Positions 51,733 to 64,000 of a DNA stretch of 64,000 bases are shown piece after piece; position 1 is the first letter of the stretch, and each line of letters opens with the position of its first letter. The position numbers were made by a program, and so were the translations under genes. The stretch comes from Octopus sinensis (Eukaryota): NCBI RefSeq assembly GCF_006345805.1, contig NC_043003.1:25730001-25794000 (forward strand). The letters are read 5' to 3'. The notes below the pieces were generated by a model, which did no database searches, was not told where the DNA came from, and saw only the letters and a list, made by a program, of their open reading frames with translations.

Positions 51733-51913
51733 TAATAATAATAATTGTGTACAGTGCTCAGGTGCACTACAACTCATCTAAAGTGTATATATAATCAGGT
51801 GTAGTTTCGGCGGATTTCGGAAAGCATGAGGGCCTTAAAAGATGCAGTGTCATGGCAGTCAACAACTGACGCAGGCAGTTTATTCCATGCTTCAGCAACT
51901 CTGAGCGTGAAAA
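51697..51913 (-). mobile_element. CR1 3' fragment
   Basis: Reverse complement of the other CR1 tails. Confidence 0.85.
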
Positions 51914-52739
51914 TGATGATAATACTAGCAGAGAAAAAGTGAAGACATGAAGAACCAGCATTTCATGAAGGAAACTCCTTGCATTGGATCAGACACACCA
52001 TCATTCTTGTCATCAGGAATGTAGTAAACCAGTGATTGACTTGTACCAATGCCATTGTTCACAAATTGTGGTTCAAGATAATAAATACAACAGGTGTACA
52101 TACGCGTCCACATGTAACAACTTGCTTGTATGCTTGAATGCATACATATGCAGGCACAATCGCATACAAATGCATGCAAAAATATGCACAATACATACAT
52201 ATACATTTTATTAAAGGCTTATTTACTGTTTACCTCCTCTGCATATTACATGTACAGTTCATGCAGTTTTGGTTACTTTTTCTGATGAATTGCAATGCAC
52301 CTGAACATTGTACACAATGAATTATTATTATTAAGAATACATACATACACATGTACACACACATCTGTGAATACACAAGTACACATGCATTCTGGTGTGC
52401 ACACATGCACACAAACAGACAAAAGGAACACAACTCTGAAAATGGACAGAGTCAACATCCATTGACAAGGTTGCAAAAGCAACAAAAATTTTGGAAAAGA
52501 AAAAATATAACTAATGAGTGGAAACTGAACCAGTGAGTGTGTTAGATATTAAGGCAGTATACCTCTCCCCAGGCACAACAAAAAATGTTATATAGATATG
52601 CACAAATGTATACATATACATATGCATGCACACACAAACACACACTAACTTTCATGAGCACATGTATAGAAAAGAAATGAGTGATTATAATATGGGATGA
52701 AGTGTAGACCAAGGTTGGGCATGTGATATGCAGAGTGCC

Positions 52740-53630
52740 ATCAGGCACTCGTGCTTCTCTCCCAGTCAGGCAACGCTGGTGGTTGGGGTACTACCTCATT
52801 CTTCTATAGAGGGTTAGTAGAGTTTAAGTGTAACGACATCCTGGGAGAAACCCTAGGCTTCGACAAAGATCAACTGGCCAACCTGTTCTAAAGAATATTC
52901 GGGCCAGGGTCTATGGATAATTACCAAAAGTCCCTGGCCTGGCAATGTTACAGAGGAGCTTTACCAGTTCGAGATAAGCTCTTTAGACATGGGTGTGCGC
53001 CTTCACCTGTTTGTGCAAGATGCAAGTGGGACAGTGAAACTGTCCTGCACGTGATTGTGCAATGCCCCAAGGTAACTGAGCTCTGGGCTTATGTTGAACA
53101 CCTGCTGTCGCATCCGAGAAGAGTACAACTGTTGAGCAAATCTGTAATTAAGATCGTTCCACCAACCTCCCTGAATAAGGAGGAGCAAGCCTGTTTTCTC
53201 TTGGTAGTTGCTGTAGTGAAAGAGGTAGTATAGAAGACGAGAGTGAAAGGAATTGCAACAGGCATGTTCATCTCCAGTCTCGAGCTAATCGACTTTTTCG
53301 TTTTCCACATGAAATGGAAAATAAGGCTGGAGAAGAAATGCCTGTTGCAAAGTGTGTTTCTATAGCAAGTATGCTGCAAGTGAAAGAACCTGTTTAAACG
53401 AGAATATAAGAGAAAGCAAAGTCTTCAGTGTGAGTATGTGGTTTGTGGGGTCGACTGCGTTCTCCACTTCATTTTTTCTAACTCACTCATTCTCATTTAA
53501 TTGTATATATTTTAATTGTTTGTTTATTCATACATTTAGTCTCATTCGATACTCTGCCCCCAATGTTTGCTTTATCTGTCCTTGTATCGTCCCCTCTTTT
53601 TCTCAACCTCATGGTTAATAAAGAAATTGA
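52740..53630 (+). pseudogene. Tx1/L1-clade LINE 3' end (RT-associated zinc-binding domain plus 3'UTR)
   Basis: LAWQCYRGALPVRDKL...CARC...ETVLHVIVQCP.V.ELW fits the zf-RVT pattern. Ends TAATAAAGAAAT. Confidence 0.75.
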
Positions 53631-56600
53631 CTGTCTCCAAAAATTTATGTTCAAAGTAATTGATTGTATAGGCAAGTCGCAGTTTTTAATTCCACATAGC
53701 TGTATGTTAGTAATATATACCAGGCCATCAGGGGAAAACAGCCCAAGATAGATTGCTGCCCTAGATTTTGCTTCCATATTCTAGCTAAGCATTAGCTTTT
53801 ATAGAATCCTCAAAACTTAGAAGATACATTACACACACACACACTTTCTCACTAGTGTGTAAATGTAAATACATACAGCCAAGCACTTAGCAGGCATTCA
53901 CGTGAATGGACATGGGAAAATTAATAGTTTAACTCACACTGCCAAAATGTGCAAGAGGAAATGTGAGAAACTAAAACATAAAGCACAAAAGAGGAAAGCT
54001 GAGAGATCACCACAGTAATGTAAAATTTCAGTTTAATTGCTGTTATTATTATAAATAATACTTTATGAGTGTAATAATTTTTCCTCCTGTTTCTATGCAC
54101 CTGTGTGAATGTATACACACATGTACAACTAAATTTTAGGTAACCAAGGATCCAAGACCTTTAATCTGGACAAAATTACAAGAGGACACTTGAATTTCCT
54201 GTGCCCATTTTTAATAATCTTTATGCTATCAAGGCTTTACAACACACATTTTTATATTCTTTAATATACTAAGAAAAGTTTGGTATTGAAAATGTTCGTA
54301 AAAACAGTGACAGTCTGCTTGTAATATACACCGAGCCATAATGTCTTCTGTTAATCCAGCAAAATGGATAATCTGTCACAGGTCTAGAACCAAAAGTGCC
54401 AGAAAATTGGTGTGTATGTGTGAATGTCTGTGATTAGACACACATCTACTTTTCTGCTATTAGTGACACAAGCAATATTAGCACTGAAAAGCAATCTGTA
54501 TATCTTACTTAATGTGGATATACAATAGAAAGCGCAACAATAGTGTGGCATTCATCTTGTGAAAGCATTTCATATAGACATATAGTGCTAAAAAGCAGAA
54601 GTATAAGTAGCAGATGAAAAATGACCACTACCGGTGGTGGAATTATGAGCTCACATGATTTCTGTGTACAAAATCACCAAAGGCTTAGACAAATTTTCCC
54701 TGTACTGAGGTCTCTCTCTTTCTCTCTCTCTCGCACACACGATAAACCAACACATGCCAGCATGTAACAGACATTAAATTTTAATGATGGGGATTGTGTG
54801 GTTAAGAGATTTGCTTCAAAATCACATGGTTAGGGATTCAGTCCCAGTACATGTATCTTGCTGGTTTGCATTCTATACAACAGTCCCAAACTTTATAGAA
54901 TCTTTCTCACCACTTCGCCCCACATCTTTCTGGGTCTACTCCTTCTATATGTTCCCTCTACAATTAGAGATCAGCACCTCTTGATGCCACTGTCTTCATT
55001 CATATGCATTACATGGCCATACCAGTGCAGTCTTCTCTCTTGCACACTACATCCGATGCTACGTATATACAGTTTCCCCCACAAATCACTTACACTGTCA
55101 TATATGCACACTGATACTCCCCCACACTCACACACATATTACACACACACATGTATACAAGTTCCAGTATTAGTAAAGTTTACCTATAATTTTTATTATC
55201 ACTAAATAAGACGTACACATATGTTCATGCATATTCATGAACACACGATAGATTCAAAACACACACACATACAGAGGCACACATTTTTCGTCAGCTGAGA
55301 ATAATTTTTTTGTGAAGTATTCCCAGTTAACAGAAGATTATAAATAAAGGATTATATGTGCTCTATTATACATATTAATTTGTTTTTTTCATCTTTTTTT
55401 TTCCTGTTTGAAGCATCAAGCACACTTTTATATAAATAGATTGTGTGCACCACATGCAAAAGGATTGAGACAGGTGAGGAAATTCTGTGAATCTAATCCA
55501 ACCAGTTTAAGCATTAATGATGATGATGATGATGATACATAAAATACCTTTTAAAAAAAAGCTGTTTGACATCTATACACACAGCTGTAGGATTGTCAAA
55601 GAGAGACATAGTTAATAGTAATGTGAAAGCACGTAGCCCACCTGAATTAGCAGGTTATGCTTTTTCTTGTTGTTGTGGTGATAGCTAGTTTTATATTGTA
55701 TCGTTTGGTTCAGATACCCATGAAAAAAATCGGTCATAATTTTAGTGTAACTAAGACAAGTAACCTGTTATAATAAAACCTACTTCAAGCTATCATCACT
55801 AAAATTTCAACATGTATTCATTCATGCTGGCAAGATTTAAAGATTTAGACAGGTCTTCAATACAACATGCCACAAAATTGTTTTTGTTGTTTTTTTTTTA
55901 GCGCTTACTTGAGAGAAAAGAAAGGTTCTGTGACTCTTAGCAGTCTCCAAGGCTAATGGATGGAATGCATTTTCAAATCAGAGACTTGGTTTAAATGCTT
56001 ACATCAAAGCGGATTCCATTAAAGTAGTGGTTCCCAACCTGTGGTACGCATACCACTAGTGGTACACGAGGGCTTTCCAGGTGGTACGCGAGCACTTTCA
56101 GGGTAATATGCGATTTTTAGTTTGTGCCATTTCCAATATTCAGCCAACATGCAATTAATGTTTCCCAAATCAATCAACTCATAATCAGTACTTTTCGATT
56201 ACTGGCATACCATTGGTTACCTTTTATTCACTCTCTGTATAGTGATCAGTGCTGTCCAACCAATGCACGTGACCTTGAGGGGCACACACATATAAAATGC
56301 ACCATGTGCTCGTTAATAAATGAGTTGAAGGTCAATCTTTGCCACGTGGCTTCACTCTGCACGCTTTAGCTTCGTTACTATGACAACAGTCCAGATACTT
56401 ATTGATCAAACCTCGTATGTTAATTTTCTGAATTTTATCAATAAAATCACATAATCACAATCTACTCCACTGAAAACCTATCACCACACAATTTCATTAA
56501 AAAATTTATTGTTTTCAATAAGTTAAAAGAGACTTGTCCTGCACCTCCTATGTTAAGTCTCTTTCTCTCTCTCAATCCCTCCTTTACTCTCTCCTCCTCC

Positions 56601-56727
56601 TCCTCCCCTTTCCATACAATGTAAAGTGTAACTGGAGAAATCAATCAATGTTTAAATTGGCTATTATTATATGGAGATTTCCTAGAGGAAAAAAAAAACA
56701 ACAAACAAACAAACAAAAAAAACTTAC

Positions 56728-56859
56728 AAAAATCTAGGACAGCGAGAGCGGTCACTGCACTTCGGTGCCGATGGAGTAAGGAATTGGTCTGATGTTTCAT
56801 TCCAGCATTCTCCCAACAAATCACACTGCCATTCTCATGGCCAGTCAGTAACAGATTAC
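56728..56859 (-). CDS. WD40-repeat protein, internal exon (132 nt, phase 1-1)
   Basis: TGTTTCTCTTTAG|GT ... TTTT|GTAAGT. Encodes NLLLTGHENGSVICWE...HRHRSAVTALAVLD. Confidence 0.85.
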
Positions 56860-57225
56860 CTAAAGAGAAACACAAAATTACATTCACAAAAGGAATTCTT
56901 TACATTATTGAGTTGAAACTCTGATGAAAAACAGGCAACTCGGATTACAAAAAAAAAAAAAAAAGAGAGATTAAATAAAACAGATGCATGGGGGGGGGGA
57001 TTTTTAAAAAAATAATGAAGATGAACAAGACTAGAAAACTGATCTGTTGAACAATTATAGAAAACTGACACATTGAAATAAATACAAAAATCAATCAAAG
57101 GTTGATAGGCTTGCAGAGTCTAGAGTATCAGAAAAAGGCACTGTGCTATTTGGTTAAGATATTTTATATTTGGAGTTCAAATCCTGCTCAATTCTTTTTA
57201 ACTTTCCACCCACCCAAAATAATTA

Positions 57226-57774
57226 CAGTAATACTTCACTATACGAGGACCTGCTTTACGAGACCCTGGGTTTATGAGTTTTATTTTTCAAGCACAAGGT
57301 CCAAATTTTGAATGAAGTGCAAAAGTTTCTACTACCATAACAAATGCTTCTGCATGTTACTGAGAAATTCATAGAGAGCAAAAAAGCAGGTTCTAAGCAA
57401 ACAACTCTAGACTTGTTTTTTAAAAAGAAATCTACCAGTCTGTCTACAAATGCAAATGAATCGACAATTGCATCTATAAGTGATAGTGTGTGTGAATCTA
57501 GTGCAAGTGATTCAGAAAACGATTATTATAATAATTTTTATTATAAATGATTTTGACACTCCTTTTACTTCACACAAAATATTCTTTATATTCTACAATT
57601 GTTTTATTGGCATTTATTTACGAGTATTATAAATTTTAGGAGTAAAATATTTTTCTGGGAATGAATTATGATTTATAACATTGCTACTATGGGAAATTAT
57701 TGCTCTGCTTTACGAATTTTTGCTTTCCAAGCGGTCTCTGGGAACAAATTTACTTGTATATCATGACATTACTG
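57226..57774 (+). mobile_element. Tigger/pogo-like non-autonomous element
   Basis: TA|CAGTAAT ... ATTACTG|TA termini; residual transposase C-terminus SKQTTLDLFFKK. Confidence 0.7.
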
Positions 57775-58419
57775 TATCAGTAAAATAAACATTGGGACCA
57801 GTGTAATCAACTGTATAACATATCCCCACCACTCACTCAAGCATGACTTTTAACTTATTTTATACCAATCCACCTGAAAACACCTTTGGTTCTATAATAT
57901 AAATTACCTATTTTAAAGTGAGCCAAATTAAAACCTTTCATCAAAATTACATGTAAATTTATATTCTCAACAACAGCTTAATAAGAGCTAAGTTGTTTTC
58001 TTAAAATTTATGTGCAATGAATTGCTTATACTTTACAATACACAAAGTATTTTAACTTTTTTTTTTATACAATTCATAATAATATTTAATTATAAAAATA
58101 CAGAAGGATTTTTTTTTATATATATCCACCGAATGGTTATGGGGACTTAGGAGATAGGAATCAAAGAAGGTCCACAGGCAAAAAATGATTGAGAACCAAA
58201 GCTCTAAGTGGTCACTTCAATTGCTAGAAATAACAGATATTCTTCATATTACAGTCAACAGTCTTTAAAAAAAGGTTATATATAGCATAATCCAATATAC
58301 ACCATATATGAGAAAAATAAATAAAATAAAAAAGACAGGATAATCACTGCTGGATTGTCTTTCCTTCTTGGTTTGCTGGATTAAAACTGACCTGGGGTCA
58401 AACAACAGTTAGTGTTTAC

Positions 58420-58455
58420 TTTGAGGACCTCTGATAGCTGAAAGATACATTATGT
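58420..58455 (-). CDS. Possible 36-nt phase 1-1 exon of the WD40 gene
   Basis: CATTTTTCCTCCAG|AC ATA ATG TAT CTT TCA GCT ATC AGA GGT CCT CAA A|GTAAAC; in phase with 56859. Confidence 0.3.
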
Positions 58456-60341
58456 CTGGAGGAAAAATGCAGGAGTGCTTTTGATGGTAGATTTGCATGA
58501 TTAGGATTAACCTGAATTTAAGCCTTTTACCATTTAGTCCAGCCATGTCTGACCCCAAAAATCTACGTGTTTTATGTTCAAACTGACCATGTCCAGCTTC
58601 TCACACCTACACTACAATGCCAGTGTAAAATTAAACAATCGTATCAATGAAGTCTCGAATCCATAAGACAATGCATGATTAATTCAAAACAATGTGAATA
58701 AACAAGCATCATATTTGATAGAGAAAACAGTTACTACTAATATTTGTCAACAGAATATGAGCTTACTGCCAAGATGTATCTATTACAGAAATATTCTCAT
58801 CATAAACTGTCCCCAATCACAGGATTAACTTTTCTACTAAAACTATAAGTGGCATCTAATCTCTAGATTTTGATAATGTTATGCTACCATTCTACTTTAA
58901 TATATAGGTCACAAACATCCATTGAACATATTTACATCTTAAAACTATAACGTATAGATATTACTAACATGCACACACACCTTTCGTAAATGTCTTCTAA
59001 ATACATCTACATCACAACCCTAAAGCCATCAGTAACATATCGACGTTATAGACATATGCCTGCCCTGACCAGCTCCCAAACACACCTCACAACCCTTCCT
59101 CACATCTGTCACAACGTCTGCAGTACAACTTTCTCCCCCAGCATCTGTCACAACCATGACTCTCACATTTATGTTCAAACGTTCCTCACATATCAGTCAC
59201 ATCCATTATTAATTGCCATAGCCATCTCAACATGTCCATCACACATATTTATACAATGGATTCCACTTAATTGTTTATGCGAATGACATTTTCAGTTAAC
59301 TGCATGAAAGCTTTTCACTTTTTAATAAAGAAGTGGCCTAATCTGGCGTAAAACTAAGCATTTGATTTGATCTCAATTAAGCAATTCTGGAAGATCCCAT
59401 TTTCATGATGAGTTAAAATGGCAGTAGTTAGTATTTTAATGTTACAAGAATCAAATTACACAAACTCTTACCATTTCAATGAATGAAAAACTGTCAAAGT
59501 TTTGACTGCTCTGTATATTTACTGTATGTAATTCATCATCATCATCATCAATTAATATCCATTTTCCATGCTGGTATGGATTGGACAGTTTGACAGGAAC
59601 TGACCAGCTGAAGAAATGCCCAAGCTCCATGTCTGTTTTGGCATGTTTTCTACAGCTGGATGCCCTTCCTAATGCCAATCACTTAATAGAGTGTACTGTC
59701 ACAAAGCACCAGTATGGGTGCTTTTTATGTGGAATCAGCACTCATGAGCCTGCAAGATTAGGAATACTTGGATGGAGAGGGATGCGGGGGACAAGCCTGT
59801 ATGCAAGGGCATATAAAAAAAAATTGTTCAATAAATTTTATTGCAGATAAAATTTTTGAAAAAAGACATACTTCAATCAAGCGGTGAATGGATGTTGTTT
59901 TCACTGACCACAATTAACATGATTCACCTAATTAACTTGTCTTAATCAACAACGTGTAATTCAAACTGTGTGGAAATCATTATCATGACATATATATCTG
60001 GCTACACTGAGCAATTGAAGAATACTAAATGGAATAGGAAAACCTCATAGAGGATAAATGAATCGTCATAGTGATACATCATGGTCGTCATTTTAATGCC
60101 CACTTTTCCATACTGGCATGAGCTGGATGGAATTTATTGAGGTAGATTTTCTGTCTGGATACCCTTTCTGTCACCAAACCTCACCTGTTTCCAAGCAAGG
60201 TAATATTTCCCCATGACCAGACATGCTCTCACAGAATAGTGGAAATCAATGACATGGCTTGTATGACAGTGACAAGCATTTTACAACTATCACACAGTGT
60301 CAAGACAACACACACACAAGCTTCGGTCAGCCCAGGACTAT

Positions 60342-60645
60342 ACTCTTTACTCTTTTACTCATTTGACTGCGGCCATGCTGGAGCACCGCCTTTAGTCGAG
60401 CAAATCGACCCCGGGACTTATTCTGTCGGTCTCTTTTGCCGAACCGCTAAGTGACAGGGATGTAAACACACCAGTATCGGTTGTCAAGCAATGCTAAGGG
60501 GACAAACACACACACATATATATATACATATATACGACAGGCTTCTTTCAGTTTCCGTCTACCAAATCCACTCACAAGGCATTGGTCGGCCCAGGGCTAT
60601 AGCAGAAGACACTTGCCCAAGATGCCACACAGTGGGACTGAACCA
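60342..60645 (-). mobile_element. SINE family A, lacking its head
   Basis: Reverse complement of the family A body. Confidence 0.8.
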
Positions 60646-61794
60646 TATAGAAGACATTTGCCAAATATTGATACATATTAATATAAAAAAATTACTTGAA
60701 CTCAAATATAAGTAAATTACATCTACACAAAATAAACCATAAAATATAAAAAAACTATTTCTTGTTATAATTTTATTATCCATACATGTATGATTATAAC
60801 CACAACACCTTACTATCATCTGTTATCAGTAATTTATCTTCATCCACATTACACAACTGCAGTCTCTTAGTTTATTGTAGACTAAGCGAATTTGGCTAAT
60901 TCATTTTTACATTTATTTGTTTCAGCCAGAAGTTGTGATCATAATGGGGCGCCACCCTTTTTAAAAGTTATTTGGGTCAGTGTCCAATTGTATAAAACAA
61001 GCTGCTAACCGACAACTATTCATAGACACAGTCCCACAACTGCTGCTCTTTTGCATACTGTGTTTCCACCCAGAGTCAAATTGACCTTCTTTTGGCAACT
61101 TTGTCATGGTGAGCTTCCTCACCAGCAACACACTGAAGCCAAGGAATCACCATGCTTCTTTTCTCTTTTAATAATGCTTGTTGTTCTTGTTCGTGTCTCA
61201 ACCATGGCTGCCTCTGAGTAGTTATTTGTGTTGTTGTTTACTTTGTAAAACAGTGCGAGGAGAGGGCTGCTAGCACATCACCCTCTACCCACATTTTTCC
61301 CATCCACATCTTTACCATATGGGGCCCTAACAAAATCCGATTATAAGTATAGATGCAAATCTATCTAATTACTGGTCTCCTAAAATCAGGCGTAACTTGG
61401 TGATGGGTCAACTTACAACATTGTTCCTCATCTTGAGTTTACTTGGTAGTGTTTTACCAAGAGATTGGTTGTTTTTAACACATTCATGAATGTTATGTTG
61501 GGTTTTGCATCTAGGCATAATCTGAGAGCTGAACAGCACCTTTCCTTTCACACTTTTCATACAATTTTTCAACAGTCTGCCAGCACCAATGCAGCTTCTG
61601 CCACCACCAACCACCTTTCTCCTGGATGCTACAGTTGGTTGCACACCAATTGCCAACCTTTGTTAACTTGACAACAAGGTGAAGGTGAGCTCTGGTTGGC
61701 TGTATGCAAATGAGTTCATTACTGGGGTCTGGAACTCTCATGGGAAAAAACATTTTGTGTCCAGCCCAGCACACTGCAGCTGATTCCTCTAACA

Positions 61795-62109
61795 CTGTAG
61801 TTCTCAACTGGAGTCCATATGAGATTTTTGAGGGTCCACATAACAAAATTGTAAACTGGGGATTCACAATAGTATTTTAAGGGCCCCTGTAAAAATTTTG
61901 CTTTAGATGTATGTATTATAAGAAACAGCTAGGTTACTTTCTCTAACATTTTACCTACACAAGTTAATGTGTGAAAAACAAAATAGGAACTTTGAAAGAA
62001 GTTTCTATAAAACTAGTTTTTAAACATCAAATGCCTATGAGGGTCCACTAGAATAAAATGGTAATCAATGAGGTCCGTAGATAAAAAGTATTATAGGCGA
62101 GAATCCCTG
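61795..62109. mobile_element. hAT Charlie-like MITE with a perfect 8-bp TSD
   Basis: CTCTAACA at 61787-61794 and 62110-62117; degenerate TIRs CTGTAGTTCTCAAC / GCGAGAATCCCTG. Confidence 0.75.
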
Positions 62110-62320
62110 CTCTAACACAATGCTCTTAGGAAAACAAAAATGTCACACAATCATAATTTAGATAATGACAACCCTTCTAACAGGTATTTCAATTGTTTCC
62201 TCAGGCATAACACCTCCAATGATGATGTTTACTTTAGGGTAGCCCTGATCAAAAGTGTTCCAGGGTATAACCATCTATTTGTTTTTCCAGACAGTTTATT
62301 ATGCATTATTCCTTTTTATA

Positions 62321-64000
62321 AGCACCATAGTCAACTGCTACAAGGGTAAGGGTGATGCTCTAGATAGAAATAACTACAGGGGTATTAAACTGTTGGATCA
62401 GGTGATGAAGGTCACAGAGAGGGTCATAACCCATCTCATTAGGGAGAGAATTTGCTTAGATGAGATGCAGTTCGGTTTTGTGCCGGGTAGAAGCACCACT
62501 GATGCTATATTCCTGGTCCGACAACTGCAGGAGAAGTACCTAGCTAAAGATAAACCCCTCTACATAGCTTTTGTGGACTTGGGGAAAGCCTTTGACAGGG
62601 TTCCCCGTTCCCTTATCTGGTGGTCGATGCGGAAACTGGAGATTGACGAATGGCTAATAAGGGCTGTACAGGCTCTATACAGAGAGGCTGTCAGCAAGGT
62701 TAGGATTGGCAACGAATATAGTGAAGAATTCCGGGTAGAAGTAGGTGTGCACCAAGGCTCAGCCCTCAGTCCCCTTTTATTCATCATAGTCCTCCAGGCA
62801 ATAACAGAGGAATTCAAAACAGGATGCCTCTGGGAGCTCCTCTATGCTGATGACCTGGCTCTCATAGCAGAATCACTACCGAAACTAGAAAAGAAATTTT
62901 GGGTGTGGAAGCAAGGGTTAGAATCAAAGGGCCTTAGAGTAAATGTAGCAAAGACCAAAGTTATAGTAAGCAGAAAGGCGAACTCAGCACACACCCCCTC
63001 AGGCAGGTGGCCCTGCTCGATCTGTAGGAAAGGTGTAGGTAGAAACTCCATAAGATGCACCCAATGTAAGCTATGGACACATAAGAGGTGCAGCAACATT
63101 AAAGGGAAATTAACTGATAAGATAGCTTTCATGTGCGGCAGATGCAGAAAACAGATTCCATCACACTCCAGGGGGAGAAACTAGAAATCGTTGATAGTTT
63201 CCGCTACCTGGGTGACCAAGTTAGTAGTGGAGGTGGATGCTCAGAAAGTATCACCACTAGAATACGAATAGCCTGGGCAAAGTTCAGAAAGCTCCTACCC
63301 CTACTGGCGACAAAGGGTCTCTCGCTCAGAGTGAAAGGTAAATTGTATGATGCATGTGTGCGAACTGCCATGCTTCACGGTAGTGAAACATGGGCTGTGA
63401 CTGCAGAGGACATGCATAGACTTGAAAGAAATGAAGCTAGCATGATCCGCTGGATGTGTAATGTCCGTGTGCATGCACGACAGAGTGTAAGCACCTGAGA
63501 GAAATGCTGGATATAAGAAGCATCAGATGTGATGTGCAAGAGTAACACTTGCGATGGTATGGTCATGTACTGCGGATGGATGAAGAGAGATGTGTGAAGA
63601 AGTGCCACTCCCAAACAGTTGAAGGTATCAGGGGGAGAGGTAGACCCAGGAAGACATGGGATGAGGTAGTCAAGCATGACCTCAGAGCGTTGGGCCTCAC
63701 TGAGGCAATGGCGAAGGATCGAGATCTCTGGAGATATGCTGTGACTGCAAAGATCCGGGCTGCTTCCTGCATCAGTTCCGCATAGCCCCTGCCCATTCAA
63801 AGTACCCTGGATCCCAGAATGTCCCGTTGTGCTTGAGGAGACCTGTTGAGTCAAATACATGAACATGAACGTCGAAATAAATATCAATGGAAATAGTAGT
63901 TGTGATACCTGTGCCGGTGGCACATAAAAAGCACCATCCAAACGTGGCCGTAGCCAGCGCCGACTCGACTGGCTTCTGTGCCAGTGGCACATAAAAAGCA
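62321..64000 (+). mobile_element. 5'-truncated RTE-clade LINE (RT, C-terminus and 3'UTR), inactivated
   Basis: KGKGDALDRNNYRGIKLL, QFGFVPGRSTTDAIF, AFVDLGKAFDRVP, GVHQGSALSPLLF, LLYADDL, FRYLGD, RGRPRKTW. Frameshift near 63145 and a stop at 63496-63498. Confidence 0.95.

Noticed and set aside
54510-54588. AG...GTAAG-bounded segment in a WD40 intron
   Set aside because: The protein-like frame ends in TAA, and the open frame (phase 1-2) would break the reading frame.

Overview
AT-rich eukaryotic genomic DNA dense in microsatellites and transposons. The SINE, RTE and CR1 families look like those of Octopus (inference from recalled repeat families, not verified). Two protein-coding genes can be assembled by hand and they converge tail-to-tail. 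(1) A two-exon RWDD2B-like gene on the + strand (29575-29856 joined to 35885-36559, 318 aa). (2) The 3' part of a WD40-repeat gene on the - strand, with six phase-compatible exons from 56859 down to 42034 (about 304 aa); its 5' end was not found. The rest is mobile-element debris: several tRNA-derived SINE families; RTE, CR1, Tx1/L1 and Penelope-like retroelement fragments; mariner, maT, Tigger, Tol2-like hAT and piggyBac-like DNA elements; Helitron/Helentron elements; and MITEs. Most interesting observations: two candidate type I hammerhead ribozymes with long stem II, a SINE whose 3' tail matches a Tx1-like LINE 3' end, a three-level nested transposon, a PHD-like finger inside an RTE reverse transcriptase, and CpG decay of repeat copies in the genic half of the window. 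No CRISPR array, rRNA or true tRNA gene was found. Most ORFs in the supplied track are microsatellite artefacts.
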